64,000 nucleotides of DNA from Patescibacteria group bacterium (GCA_038064435.1 JBBTTC010000001.1:3170-67169), one strand, 5' to 3'; shown: positions 1-10,384, counted from the first letter of the stretch. Numbers and translations: made by a program. The notes: generated by a model not told the origin, from the letters alone.

Positions 1-1034
1 TCTTTTCCGGTTACTTGCGCCGCGAGGGCGTGCGTTACCAGATGCTCAATGCTAAAAATCATGAGGAAGAAGGGCAAATTATTGCTGGGGCTGGCCAGAG
101 AGGCAGCGTGGTGGTGGCCACCAACATGGCTGGCCGTGGTGTAGACATTAAATTGGGTGGTGCGCTCGCCACGCCAGCCGTGGCCGAGGAGGTGAAGAAA
201 CTGGGTGGTCTCTTGGTGTTGGGCACCGAGCGGCATGAGGCGCGTCGGATTGATAATCAACTTCGTGGTCGTGCCGGCCGGCAGGGCGACCCGGGGGCGA
301 CGCAATTTTATATTTCACTCGAGGATTATTTAGCTCGAGTTTTTGCCGGTGACCGGGTGAAAAAATTAATGGGTCGTTTTGGCATTCCGGAAGATGAGCC
401 GATCGAAAACCGTTTGGTGTCACGGTCGATTGAGAGCGCGCAAGCCAAGATCGAAGGCGTTAATTTTGATCGTCGGCGCCATTTACTTGAATATGACAAT
501 GTTCTAAACACTCAACGCACGGCTATTTACCGTCGTCGCAATCAAGCTTTGTTTGGTCTCTCGGCTGATTTGGATGAATTGCTGGCCGGCGTGTCAGTAG
601 AAACTGTTACTGAACACAAACAACGTTTGGGCCAGGATACTTTTTATGTTGCTACTCGGCAGGCGGTTTTGGCCATCATTGATCGTTTGTGGATGGATCA
701 CCTCGAATCTATGGATTATTTAAAAAACATTGTTAGCTTGCGAGCTTATGGTCAACGTGATCCGTTGATTGAGTATCAAAAAGAAGGTTTGCGCCTGTTT
801 AAAGAGCTGGAAGAAAATTTGCGCCAAGCGTTGACTGAAGTATTGACTCGACCGGCTGCGCCGCGGCCGATAAAAATCAATTTGTCGCCGGTTAATCCAG
901 CTGTTAAATCAACCGTCAATCGTAACGATCCCTGCCCCTGCGGCAGTGGCAAAAAGTATAAGAAGTGCGGTTTGCTCAACACCTCTGAACATCAGCAAAA
1001 CTTATCCCCAACAACTCCAACCTCGGTCGCCTAA
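1..1034 (+). CDS. secA: Preprotein translocase SecA, C-terminal part (5' truncated by window)
   Basis: ATNMAGRGVDI, TERHEARRIDNQLRGRAGRQGDPG, RAYGQRDPLIEY and the SEC-C motif RNDPCPCGSGKKYKKC. Confidence 0.97.
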   Translation, partial: FSGYLRREGVRYQMLNAKNHEEEGQIIAGAGQRGSVVVATNMAGRGVDIKLGGALATPAVAEEVKKLGGLLVLGTERHEARRIDNQLRGRAGRQGDPGATQFYISLEDYLARVFAGDRVKKLMGRFGIPEDEPIENRLVSRSIESAQAKIEGVNFDRRRHLLEYDNVLNTQRTAIYRRRNQALFGLSADLDELLAGVSVETVTEHKQRLGQDTFYVATRQAVLAIIDRLWMDHLESMDYLKNIVSLRAYGQRDPLIEYQKEGLRLFKELEENLRQALTEVLTRPAAPRPIKINLSPVNPAVKSTVNRNDPCPCGSGKKYKKCGLLNTSEHQQNLSPTTPTSVA

Positions 1035-1078
1035 ATTTGGTTTGCGGGGTGTTATAATTAGACGTCAATTTAATAGTA

Positions 1079-4000
1079 ATGAAGCATGTTTTTTGTCGTG
1101 GTTTAGTGACCAAAAACATCTTCCGGTTTGCAACTCGAATTTTTGTCGGGGGTTTTTTGTTATGGCTAATAGTGGGCAATATTTTCCCACTTCACACGAC
1201 CAAAGCCGCCATCAACCGTCAAATTAATTATCAGGGCAAGCTCACCAACGCTAGTAATGTGCCGGTGGCGGATGGCACCTACACCATTATTTTTGGTCTT
1301 TATACTGTCGCTAGCGGCGGCAGTGCCATTTGGGTCGAGACCCATAGTGCCACCACCACGCCGGTGACGGTTACTAATGGTCTTTTCAGCGTCATGCTCG
1401 GCAGTATTACCAGTTTGGCCAGCCTTGATTTTAACCAAACACTGTATTTGGGTGTCAATGTGGCCCTGGATGGCGAAATGACGCCGCGCAAAACTCTCGG
1501 CGCCGTACCCGGCGCCTTCGAGGCCGACAAACTTGATGGTCTCGACTCCACTTCATTTGTGCGTACTGACGCTGCTAGCACCATCACACTCGGTTCGGCC
1601 AGCACGCCACTCACCATTAATCAAACCAGTACCGGTAATATTTTTGAATTACAAGATGCCGGTTCACCAGTTTTTACCGTTTACGATGGCGGCCGGGTCG
1701 CCATGCTTCAGGCTTCGTCCACGCAATTATCGGTTTTCAACAATGCTTATTTTGGCGCCACGGCCACCTCAACGATTAATGCCACTGGCTGGATTGGTGT
1801 GGCTTCCAGTACACCGTGGGGGCTGCTATCGGTTGAGCTCGACACCACCAACCCGGGTTTTGTGGTGTCCAACAGTGGCAGTAGTACCCCGTCATTTTAC
1901 ATTGGCGGGGTTAATCAAAACGGTAACATTGGCATCGGCACCACCACGCCGTCGGAGCGCCTTGTTTTAGCTGGTGGCAATTTTGCGCAAACGCCAGGCA
2001 ATTTACGCACCGTCGGCAGTTTGGCTCTTAGTACCGAGCCGCGCGCCATCACAGTTGCTGGCCGTTATGCCTATGTTGTTGAACATGGCGACAGCACCCT
2101 CAGGATTATTGATCTGTCTAATCCAGTCTCGCCGGCTCAAATCGGCAGCGTGTCCATTAATGGTGTGTCGTCGGATGTGGCCGTGGCTGGTCGTTATGCC
2201 TATGTTGTTTCCAGCACCGACTTCCGCGTGATTGATGTGGCTAATCCCGCCGCACCCGTTACCCTTGGCACACTTTCGACGGGGATTTTAAATAAACATG
2301 TGCAGGTGGCCGGTGGTTATGCTTATGCCACAAATGACGTGACTAACGATATCAATGTTATCAACGTGACTGACCCTGCCGCGCCGGTTTCAGTGGGCGG
2401 TTATAATGCCGGTACCATCACGTCAATTTATATCGCTGGTCGCTATGCCTACGTTACCGACGATTCGAGTGACTCACTTCGCATCATCGATATTTCTAAT
2501 CCCGCCGCCCCGTCCTCGATGGTCTCATTTTCTGTTGGTACTTCACCTGATCAGGTGGTGGTCTCTGGCCGTTACGCTTATGTGGTGGATGATGCCACTG
2601 ATGACCTAAGAATCATTGATGTTTCCAATCCAGCATCGCCCTCCACCACCGCCTCCTTAAGTTTGGGCAGTCTTGTTTTTTACAGTCCGGGTAAGCCGCT
2701 GTTTGTCTCTGGCCGTTATGCCTATGTTGTTGATTCTAATCTTGATCTTTTGCAAGTAATTGACGTGGGGAATCCATCCAGTCCGTCCATTATTACTAGT
2801 TTGGCCATTGGCACCTCGCCGGCTTCTCTCGTGATCTCGGGTCGCTACGCTTATGTGGTGGATAATGGCAGTGATGATCTTAAGGTGATTGATATTTCTG
2901 GTATTGAGATTACATCGGCTAACGTTTATGCTCTCGAGGCCGGAATTTTGCAGGTGCGTGAGCGGGCGCATATCGATCAGCATCTCACGGTCGGCTCCAG
3001 TTTAAATGTCGGCAACGGCGGCATCTTTAGTGCCGGACCAATTTCCGTTGGCGTGGCCTCGTCCACGCAAAGTGGGGGAATCTCGGCGCTGTTCCATGGC
3101 AATGTTGGCATCGGCACCACTTCGCCTTATGCCAAATTGTCAGTAGTCGGAGAGACTGTGTCGCGCTATTTCACGGCCACCTCGACGACGGCTTCGTCGT
3201 TTGCTGGTGGCGTGACAATTCCGTCGGGAACCGGTCGTTACGCACAAACATTTACTGATACGACTAATGACGCTATGTCAATTACGGCGGCATCGTTAAC
3301 TTCGGGCCAAGCTCTACAAATTACTGGCCCAAGCGGTGGCACAACCGGAGTTAGTGATTTCTTGGTCTCGATTACCGGGGATGTTAATGACGTCGAATCA
3401 CCAGCGGCCCTGACATATTTGAATGCTACGTTTGATTCGACGGGATTAGGAACTGAAAACATGGCTAATTTAAGATTAGCAACAACAAACAGCACCACGG
3501 CCGGTGCGCCGGTGACTTTTGGTATTTATAATGGCATCACCGATTCCGCTAATGTGGGCGGCGAGACGTATGGTAGTTATGACACGCTCACTATTACGGG
3601 GAATCACAGTGGAGTGGAAACGGCCTACGGGTTTTATGCTGCCGTGAGCAACACCAATACCGCTGATCAAGGAACCAGAAATACCTATGGCGGATATTTT
3701 GTTGCGGCGGGGTCAACCAACGGCACTAGTTTGGCTTACGGGATTTATGTTTCGGCCACTGGTGCCGATACCAACTATGATGCCATTTTTGCCAATGGCT
3801 TGGTGGGTATTGCTACCGCCACACCAATTTCTACTTTGTCGGTGCAAGGATCGCTTTGTGTTCGATCCACTGGATCTTGTGGTAGTACGGCGGGCGAAAT
3901 TTATACTACTGGTGGTAATATTACATCTATCGACGTTGCCGAAAACTATCCGACCAAAGATGAGACGATAGAAGCCGGTGACGTTGTGGCACTATCCGAA

Positions 4001-4741
4001 GAAACACTATCTTATTTGTCACCATCGGCCGAGTCGGCTACTAGTACCAAGCGCGAGACTATTGGCACATTAATCAAGGCGCAGGCCGGTAGCGACCGGC
4101 CGTTACTCGGAGTAATTTCCACTAAACCTGGTCTGTTGTTTGGTTACGACATTAAGGATGTACCCATACGAGCCGTGGCTCTGACCGGTCGAGTGCCGAT
4201 TAAGGTCTCGACTGAAGGTGGGGAAATTAGGATTGGTGATCGGTTAACAGTTTCCTCTCGCCCTGGAATTGGCAAGAAAGCTTTACCGTCGGAACCAAGC
4301 GTCGGTATTTCTCTCGAGAATTTTTCTGACCAGTCGGTCGAATATGGTCGGATTATGGTTTTTGTAAATTTGGCCGATGGCCATCTTGATCGAGCGATTG
4401 ATGGTGGTGATATCAAGATTGTTTCGGCGCCACAACCGTTGGCTGGTTTGGAATTAAGTCCGGACGGAATATTGATAGTTAAAAAGATCCAGACTGAAGA
4501 GTTGTGTCTGGGGGGCACTTGTCTTAACGAAGATCAGCTCAAGTCATTATTAAAAACCATTACGCCCAATGCGCCACCGGTGCCACCTGAACCACCTCCG
4601 CAAGTTATACCAGAACCTGCGCCGGATGTAAAGGTTGAGGAAATAGCACCGGTTGAAATAGCGGAAGTCGTCGATGAATCTATGGGACAAGAACCAATGG
4701 TTGAACCAACGCTAGAGGTTTTAAAGGACGAGGAATTATAG
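1079..4741 (+). CDS. Large secreted/surface protein with LVIVD (beta-propeller) repeats and a C-terminal autocleavage/chaperone-like domain
   Basis: N-terminal hydrophobic segment then INYQGKL; about 7-8 repeats of GRYAYVVD..L.IID.SNP; GIGTT motifs; C-terminal DVAENY..GVISTKPG..VALTGRVP; exact start uncertain. Confidence 0.75.
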   Translation: MKHVFCRGLVTKNIFRFATRIFVGGFLLWLIVGNIFPLHTTKAAINRQINYQGKLTNASNVPVADGTYTIIFGLYTVASGGSAIWVETHSATTTPVTVTNGLFSVMLGSITSLASLDFNQTLYLGVNVALDGEMTPRKTLGAVPGAFEADKLDGLDSTSFVRTDAASTITLGSASTPLTINQTSTGNIFELQDAGSPVFTVYDGGRVAMLQASSTQLSVFNNAYFGATATSTINATGWIGVASSTPWGLLSVELDTTNPGFVVSNSGSSTPSFYIGGVNQNGNIGIGTTTPSERLVLAGGNFAQTPGNLRTVGSLALSTEPRAITVAGRYAYVVEHGDSTLRIIDLSNPVSPAQIGSVSINGVSSDVAVAGRYAYVVSSTDFRVIDVANPAAPVTLGTLSTGILNKHVQVAGGYAYATNDVTNDINVINVTDPAAPVSVGGYNAGTITSIYIAGRYAYVTDDSSDSLRIIDISNPAAPSSMVSFSVGTSPDQVVVSGRYAYVVDDATDDLRIIDVSNPASPSTTASLSLGSLVFYSPGKPLFVSGRYAYVVDSNLDLLQVIDVGNPSSPSIITSLAIGTSPASLVISGRYAYVVDNGSDDLKVIDISGIEITSANVYALEAGILQVRERAHIDQHLTVGSSLNVGNGGIFSAGPISVGVASSTQSGGISALFHGNVGIGTTSPYAKLSVVGETVSRYFTATSTTASSFAGGVTIPSGTGRYAQTFTDTTNDAMSITAASLTSGQALQITGPSGGTTGVSDFLVSITGDVNDVESPAALTYLNATFDSTGLGTENMANLRLATTNSTTAGAPVTFGIYNGITDSANVGGETYGSYDTLTITGNHSGVETAYGFYAAVSNTNTADQGTRNTYGGYFVAAGSTNGTSLAYGIYVSATGADTNYDAIFANGLVGIATATPISTLSVQGSLCVRSTGSCGSTAGEIYTTGGNITSIDVAENYPTKDETIEAGDVVALSEETLSYLSPSAESATSTKRETIGTLIKAQAGSDRPLLGVISTKPGLLFGYDIKDVPIRAVALTGRVPIKVSTEGGEIRIGDRLTVSSRPGIGKKALPSEPSVGISLENFSDQSVEYGRIMVFVNLADGHLDRAIDGGDIKIVSAPQPLAGLELSPDGILIVKKIQTEELCLGGTCLNEDQLKSLLKTITPNAPPVPPEPPPQVIPEPAPDVKVEEIAPVEIAEVVDESMGQEPMVEPTLEVLKDEEL

Positions 4742-4939
4742 TCCTATAGATTGTCCTTTATGAAGAATCGTTCGTCGTGGTGAACGGTTTTTATTTTTTT
4801 CAAAATACGGCCCAGAACGTGATATTTTCATTGATTTTTAGTTGACCATTTGTTAGTTGTATTAACTGGAATAGCACGTTGACGATGATTGGCTCTTTGT
4901 AGTTGTTGACTCATTTTATTCAAGCTTAACCGCTAAGTC

Positions 4940-6097
4940 ATGACTCGAAGAGCTCCAGTGCTTGCTCTGGTGGCCCTCATTGTAGTTGGGCCGCTTTTTG
5001 CTGTTTCCGGCAATCGAGTTCAGGCGGCAGAAACTAGTAATGGTCCACAGTTGGAATTAGCTATTAGCGAGGAATTTACCGGCGGGTCGGTTGCCATGCC
5101 CAATACGGGAGATGGCGGCGGTGGGACGAATGGTAATAGTGTTAACGTCACGGAAGCGATCTCGAGTGAGAGTCAGTTTGTGGCGGAGGTCGGCGAAGGT
5201 AGTTTTACCACTGGTGCTCGACCAAGTAGTTCAGGCGCCAGTATCGTTAGTTCCGAGAGCGCGTTCCAAACAGCATCGGGTGGTGCGCGGGGCGACGTGG
5301 CAATTGGCGACGAAGTTTCGTTTACTACGGTTTTTGGCGAAGGGCAATTTACCACTTTAGCACCGCCGGGGGGTGGCGGTGGAGGTGGTGGTGGATCAGG
5401 TGGCGGCGGTAGTTCCGGCGAGGGCGGAAGCAGTGGTGGTGGCGGGGGTGGCGGCAGTTTGCGTCGTGTACCGCCACTAGCCACGGCCGGAGCAAGTGTT
5501 TGTCCACCGTATCTTTGGAAGTTTATCAAGCGAGGAGCCAACAACGATCCGGTGCAAGTGCGCCGACTTCAGACCTTTTTGCGTGACGAGCAGGGCTTTA
5601 AGGGTTTGGCGGTGACTGGTTTTTACGATGAGGTAACGTTTGCCGCAGTATCAGTGTTCCAGCGCCGTTATTTCCGTGATGTCTTGGCGCCCTGGGGGCT
5701 AAAAGATGCCACTGGTTGGGTGTATATCACAACCACATTGACGATCAACAATTTGCACTGCCAGCGGGACACTCGTCATAATCTTAACTTCCGATCTCAA
5801 GTCAAATCGGCAACCAGTTTGGTGCCGATTGCGACCTCTACTCCGATTGCACTGCTGGCCAGTAGCACAATAATTAACGCCAGTCCCCAGCCCATTGTTT
5901 CTGGTTGGGAGGAAGGATCTTGGTGGCTAATCGGTGTTTTGCTGGTGGCTTTCGGGGCAATGATTGGCTACATTAGCCAATTGCGAAAACGGGTTAAGGA
6001 ACTGGAAGCCCTGCCATCGCTTGATGGTGGGGATGATGGTTTGGATCAGTTTAATACTGACGGTATCAATGAAAATGATCAAATAGACGAAACGTAG
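4940..6097 (+). CDS. Secreted Gly-rich protein with peptidoglycan-binding-like domain and C-terminal membrane anchor
   Basis: Signal peptide, poly-Gly linker, GANNDPVQVRRLQTFL..VTGFYDEVTFAAVSVFQ resembles PG_binding_1, C-terminal TM helix. Confidence 0.65.
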   Translation: MTRRAPVLALVALIVVGPLFAVSGNRVQAAETSNGPQLELAISEEFTGGSVAMPNTGDGGGGTNGNSVNVTEAISSESQFVAEVGEGSFTTGARPSSSGASIVSSESAFQTASGGARGDVAIGDEVSFTTVFGEGQFTTLAPPGGGGGGGGGSGGGGSSGEGGSSGGGGGGGSLRRVPPLATAGASVCPPYLWKFIKRGANNDPVQVRRLQTFLRDEQGFKGLAVTGFYDEVTFAAVSVFQRRYFRDVLAPWGLKDATGWVYITTTLTINNLHCQRDTRHNLNFRSQVKSATSLVPIATSTPIALLASSTIINASPQPIVSGWEEGSWWLIGVLLVAFGAMIGYISQLRKRVKELEALPSLDGGDDGLDQFNTDGINENDQIDET

Positions 6098-6152
6098 TAG
6101 TGCTGTTTGGCGAAGCGTGGTGGTTCGTTGAAATTTAAACAAGGAGAAGCAA

Positions 6153-6701
6153 ATGAGGAAAACGGTTCTTGGTTTGATGGCTTGTGCGGGGTTGATGGGT
6201 TGCGGTTCAGTCACTGACGATAGTGGCTTGGAGTTGGTGGAGGTTGTTCCCAATGATCTTGTTGTTCTCGATGATCTGGAAGTGGGGGACGATGTTCACA
6301 TTGTTGGGAATTTGGTGGTCGATGGTACGATCACCAGCGGCGGCGGTAATGTGATGGTGCCGGAAGACGTTGACATTCTCGCCGCCAGTATTCTCGAACC
6401 CAATCATCTCGAGGAATTCAAAGTTGGTGATCTGGTGCCACTAAGCGTGATGGTTATTGGTCAAGGAGATTTCCATCTTGCTTGTCAATGGCCAGATGCC
6501 ACATTCAGCGATCAGGATTTGGTAATTGGCGTTGATGGGCTTGTAACGGTTGATTTTAATCATACCTTCTTGATTCCCATCAACACGGGAGCCATCAATT
6601 GTCGAGCGGCGTTAAAGCCGCTGGAAACCGATGAAGCGGAAAACGAAGATGGACCGGAACCGGTGACGGTCTCGGTTTACATCAACGTTGTCACGCCATA
6701 A
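6153..6701 (+). CDS. Hypothetical lipoprotein
   Basis: SD AAGGAG upstream; lipobox-like GLMGC after short hydrophobic N-terminus; acidic body. Confidence 0.65.
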   Translation: MRKTVLGLMACAGLMGCGSVTDDSGLELVEVVPNDLVVLDDLEVGDDVHIVGNLVVDGTITSGGGNVMVPEDVDILAASILEPNHLEEFKVGDLVPLSVMVIGQGDFHLACQWPDATFSDQDLVIGVDGLVTVDFNHTFLIPINTGAINCRAALKPLETDEAENEDGPEPVTVSVYINVVTP

Positions 6702-6730
6702 ACATCGTTCGCAGTCCGCCTCCGGCGGAC

Positions 6731-6769
6731 AGCCCCGCTCTCCGCCGCGGCGGAGAGCGGGGCTTTTTT
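6731..6769 (+). terminator. Intrinsic terminator formed by a perfect 34-bp palindrome
   Basis: AGCCCCGCTCTCCGCCG-CGGCGGAGAGCGGGGCT followed by a T run. Confidence 0.8.
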
Positions 6770-6855
6770 ATTTGCGCTGTTTCTTCATTTGTGGTAGCCA
6801 TAGTTGACAGCGTTTGTGAATTTTTAGTGGCTGATTTATCAATAATTTGGCTAAT

Positions 6856-7752
6856 ATGAACAAGATTTTAATGCTTATGGCTTTGGTGGCACTAATGGTG
6901 CCGCCAAAGGCGGTGGCCGAGACGGTGGTTTTGGCGGCTTCGATTACGGCGCCGATAAACAATCATAACGCCACCGTTGGTCAGGATATTGCTTTTGCCG
7001 GTTCGGGCACGGGCGGTAATCCGCCCTATTCCTTCGTTTGGACCTTTGGTGATGGTACTAGCGAGGGTGGTCAATCATTTGCGAAAAGTTATGCTACGCC
7101 CGGCGATTACACCGTGACTTTGCAAGTGGGTGATTTCGATCGTCATACGGTTGAAGCGACTGTTCAGGTACATATTACCGACAGTCAGACGCCAGCGCCG
7201 AGCGCTACTCTGGACATGACGATTAATGGCAACTCGGGTGCTAGCGGGCCAGTGTCGGTTACGGCTGATACGGCTTTTACCCTTGCCTGGACGGGCACCA
7301 ATTTAACAGCTTGCACGGCGAGCGGTGATTGGTCGGGGGCAAAGGCCGCCAGTGGTTCCGAGACTATCCCAGGCATTAGCGGCTCGGCGACCAAAATCTA
7401 TTCTTTGTCTTGTGCGACCACAACTGGGCAAAACTTAATTGATAGTGTGAGCGCAGTGACCACCACTTCCGGCGGTGGCGATACCACCACTCTGGCTATC
7501 AGTAACATTCGCGTTACCGACGTGACGCACAACAGTGCCGTTATTCGTTGGACCACCAGTCGGGCTGCTGATAGCCGAGTGATCTACGACAGCACTTCCC
7601 GCAGTATTACCGGCCAGTCGGGACCCAATTACGGTTACGCTCTTTCCAGCCCGACGACCGATAGTTCTACTCCTGTGATTGAGCATGCTGTAACCATAAC
7701 CGATCTGTCGCCAAGCACTAGTTATTTTTTCCGCGTTTTGTCGCAGGGTTAA
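6856..7752 (+). CDS. Secreted protein with PKD and fibronectin type III-like domains
   Basis: Signal peptide (..AVA); PKD motif YSFVWTFGDG..YATPGDYTVTL; FN3-like SAVIRWTT..DLSPSTSYFFRV. Confidence 0.75.
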   Translation: MNKILMLMALVALMVPPKAVAETVVLAASITAPINNHNATVGQDIAFAGSGTGGNPPYSFVWTFGDGTSEGGQSFAKSYATPGDYTVTLQVGDFDRHTVEATVQVHITDSQTPAPSATLDMTINGNSGASGPVSVTADTAFTLAWTGTNLTACTASGDWSGAKAASGSETIPGISGSATKIYSLSCATTTGQNLIDSVSAVTTTSGGGDTTTLAISNIRVTDVTHNSAVIRWTTSRAADSRVIYDSTSRSITGQSGPNYGYALSSPTTDSSTPVIEHAVTITDLSPSTSYFFRVLSQG

Positions 7753-7777
7753 TTCAAGTGGTATATAATCTGACCGC

Positions 7778-8710
7778 TTGATCGATTTATCTGACCATCT
7801 CCAAAAACAAGTTTCGACCACCTTGCTCACAACCTTTGGCGTGGGCGGTTTGGCTGATTATTATTTGGCCGTCAAGAATGCCGATGAGTTGATCGCCGCT
7901 GTTAAATTGGCCCGTTCTCGTCATTGGTCATATTTCATTTTAGCCGGTGGGAGCAATGTTATTTTCCCGGAGCGTTATCGTGGACTTTTGATCCACTGGC
8001 TACCACAAACTGGTCAGCCAAAAGTTTTGGCCAGCCGGCGAGTGATGTGCGAGGCCGGTTTATCTCTGGGCAAACTTATTGTTTTTGTTAATCGGCGTGG
8101 CTTAGCTGGGCTGGAAACTCTAGCTGATATCCCGGGTACCGTCGGCGGCGCTGTGGTGGGTAATGCCGGTGCTTACGGGCGTACCGTTAGTGAGGTGGTG
8201 CGGCGGGTGGAAATTTTTGACGGCCAGCGTCGCCGTTTCATCGGTGCGCGCGCTTGCCGCTTTGCTTACCGTCATAGTGTTTTTAAAGAGCGACCGTGGT
8301 TGGTGTTGCAGGTGGAGATGGAGTTTGCGGCTGGCAAGCCGCGCACTCTGGCCAAGCGCAGTCGGGAAATTACTATTTTGCGCCGCCAAAGATATTTACC
8401 AACCATGCGTTGCCCGGGGAGCTATTTTAAAAATGTGTTGGCCAAAGAGGCTAGTGTGGCCACGCGCCGACTTATCCCGCCGGAAAAGATTATCGGCGGG
8501 AAAATTCCGGCCGGTTATTTATTAGAGTCGGTTGGAGCGTTGGGTCGGCGGGAGGGTGGCGTGGAGGTATCTGATTTCCACGGCAACTTATTTATTAATC
8601 GTGGCAATGCTACTATTAAGGATGTAAAAAAATTGTCGGGCGATCTCAAACGGCTTGTCCAGCAAAAGTTTGGTATTAAATTGGAAGAAGAAGTGCGTTA
8701 TGCCGGTTGA
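7778..8710 (+). CDS. murB: UDP-N-acetylenolpyruvoylglucosamine reductase
   Basis: GGSNV, IPGTVGGAVVGNAGAYG, FAYRHSVFK, GSYFKN, LEEEV. Confidence 0.95.
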   Translation: MIDLSDHLQKQVSTTLLTTFGVGGLADYYLAVKNADELIAAVKLARSRHWSYFILAGGSNVIFPERYRGLLIHWLPQTGQPKVLASRRVMCEAGLSLGKLIVFVNRRGLAGLETLADIPGTVGGAVVGNAGAYGRTVSEVVRRVEIFDGQRRRFIGARACRFAYRHSVFKERPWLVLQVEMEFAAGKPRTLAKRSREITILRRQRYLPTMRCPGSYFKNVLAKEASVATRRLIPPEKIIGGKIPAGYLLESVGALGRREGGVEVSDFHGNLFINRGNATIKDVKKLSGDLKRLVQQKFGIKLEEEVRYAG

Positions 8711-10124
8711 TTTATCTAAACTAAAACCGACCATCGGTCTGGAAATACACGCGGAATTGGCCACCAAGACCAAGATGTTTTGCTCGTCGCGGAATGATCC
8801 GGATGAGAAGCGGCCCAACGTCAACGTTTGCCCGGTGTGCCTGGCCCATCCTGGCACATTGCCAGTGATTAATCGCGAGGCGGTGCGGCAGGTGCTCCGC
8901 GTGGGGTTGGCCGTAGGCGGCGCCATTGCTGACTTTACACAATTTGACCGCAAAAGTTATTTTTATCCCGACATACCCAAGGGCTACCAAATTAGCCAAT
9001 ATCAGTATCCGCTCGTTCGTGGTGGCACGGTGGCTCAGGTGGCGTTAACGCGCATTCATTTGGAGGAGGATACTGGAAGTTTGTCGCACGACGATCAAAC
9101 TGGTGAGAGTTTGATAGATTTTAATCGTGCTGGCGTGCCCCTGCTTGAGCTGGTGACCGAGCCGGTGATCGAGAGTGGTTCGCAGGCCGCGGCCATGGCT
9201 CGCGATTTCCAACTGCTACTTCGCTACCTCGGTGCTTCTTACGCCAATATGGAAAAAGGCGAGATGCGGGTGGAGGCCAACATTTCGCTCGGTTTGGGCA
9301 CCAAGGTGGAGATCAAAAATCTCAATTCTTTTCAAAGTGTGGAGAAAGCGATTGCCTACGAGATTGAGCGTCAAACTTTGGCGCGGGAACGAGGTGAGAT
9401 AGTGATGCAAGAAACGCGCGGTTGGGACGAGGTGAAAGAAGTCACTTTTTCTCAACGGCAGAAGGAGTCGGCTCATGATTATCGTTATTTTCCTGAACCA
9501 GATTTGCCGCCACTTAAAATTAATGAAGTGGCCGAGTGGCGCGACCTCGCGGCGACTTTGCCGGAATTGCCGTGGACGAAGCGCGAACGTTATCTTGGTT
9601 ACGGCTTTAAGCCCGACGAAGCCGAGATCTATGTCACCAATTTTGCTTTGGCTAATTTGTTTGAGCAAACCGATCGCGAACTGGGAGCCGATAATTCCTC
9701 GCGTAAATTAATCGGCAATTATTTAACCACCGACTTGTGGGGACAAATTAAAGATCGGGTCGACAGTGTCGAGAAGTTAAGCAAAATCCGGCCGGCCGAT
9801 CTGGCGGCGGTGGTGAAGATGGCGGCGAATGGGAAAATTTCTTCTCGCGGCGCCAAAAATTTGATTACGCTTTTAGTGGTTGGCAAAACCGATGCCGAAG
9901 CGTTGGCCTCTAGTGAGGGCCTGTGGCAAAAAAGTGACGAGACCGAATTGGCTAAGTTTGTGGATCAGGTGTTGGTCGAGCATCCCGCTGTTGTGGCTGA
10001 TTACCGCGCTGGCAAAATGAGCGCCCTCCAATTCCTCGTCGGCCAAGCCATGAAGCTCTCCGCTGGTTCGGCTAACCCACAAGCCCTAGCTAAACTTTTG
10101 CGCACGGCATTGGACGGAACTTAG
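8700..10124 (+). CDS. gatB: Asp/Glu-tRNA amidotransferase subunit B
   Basis: IGLEIHAEL, PGTLPVIN, RIHLEED, DFNRAGVPLLELVTEP, YRYFPEPDL; ATG at 8700 chosen as start. Confidence 0.96.
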   Translation: MPVDLSKLKPTIGLEIHAELATKTKMFCSSRNDPDEKRPNVNVCPVCLAHPGTLPVINREAVRQVLRVGLAVGGAIADFTQFDRKSYFYPDIPKGYQISQYQYPLVRGGTVAQVALTRIHLEEDTGSLSHDDQTGESLIDFNRAGVPLLELVTEPVIESGSQAAAMARDFQLLLRYLGASYANMEKGEMRVEANISLGLGTKVEIKNLNSFQSVEKAIAYEIERQTLARERGEIVMQETRGWDEVKEVTFSQRQKESAHDYRYFPEPDLPPLKINEVAEWRDLAATLPELPWTKRERYLGYGFKPDEAEIYVTNFALANLFEQTDRELGADNSSRKLIGNYLTTDLWGQIKDRVDSVEKLSKIRPADLAAVVKMAANGKISSRGAKNLITLLVVGKTDAEALASSEGLWQKSDETELAKFVDQVLVEHPAVVADYRAGKMSALQFLVGQAMKLSAGSANPQALAKLLRTALDGT

Positions 10125-10262
10125 AAGACATGCTAAACTGTACTCGTTATCTAGTTCTTTGAGTTCGAATGCCTTTGACGTGGCTGCTCTTAAGTTGAGA
10201 TACGGGAGAGCGGCCTTCTTTCGAGCCCGGTGTGATCCACAACTGATCACACCGGGTTTTTT
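10111..10262 (+). ncRNA. Putative short non-coding transcription unit (promoter, hairpin, terminator)
   Basis: TGGACG-17-TAAACT (10111-10139), boxA-like GTTCTTTGA (10154-10162), hairpin GGCTGCTCT/AGAGCGGCC (10182-10215), terminator CCCGGTGTGATC/GATCACACCGGG plus T run; no convincing ORF. Confidence 0.45.
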
Positions 10263-10271
10263 CTTTTGCCC

Positions 10272-10326
10272 TTGACGGATTTGCTAATAATTGCTAGGGT
10301 GTTGGAGGTTTTGTGGTTCGTTGAAA
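10272..10326 (+). promoter_or_regulatory. Sigma70-type promoter with boxA-like motif driving the Tas-like locus
   Basis: TTGACG-17 bp-TAGGGT then GTTCGTTGAAA; homologous to the promoter at 12756-12807. Confidence 0.7.
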
Positions 10327-10330
10327 TCTG

Positions 10331-10384
10331 GACGGGGGATTGATGGGTACTTCCTTAGCGGGATTTTGACACGCTTCCCCCGTT
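10331..10384 (+). ncRNA. Guide-like stem-loop unit U in the 5' leader (TIGR/bridge-RNA-like)
   Basis: GACGGGG-GAT-TGATGGGTAC-TTCCTTAGCGGGAT-TTTGACACGC-TTC-CCCCGTT. Confidence 0.7.

Noticed and set aside
5360-5460. GGC/GGT-rich tract as a DNA repeat element
   Set aside because: It is explained by a poly-Gly/Ser linker with mixed synonymous codons inside the 4940-6097 CDS.
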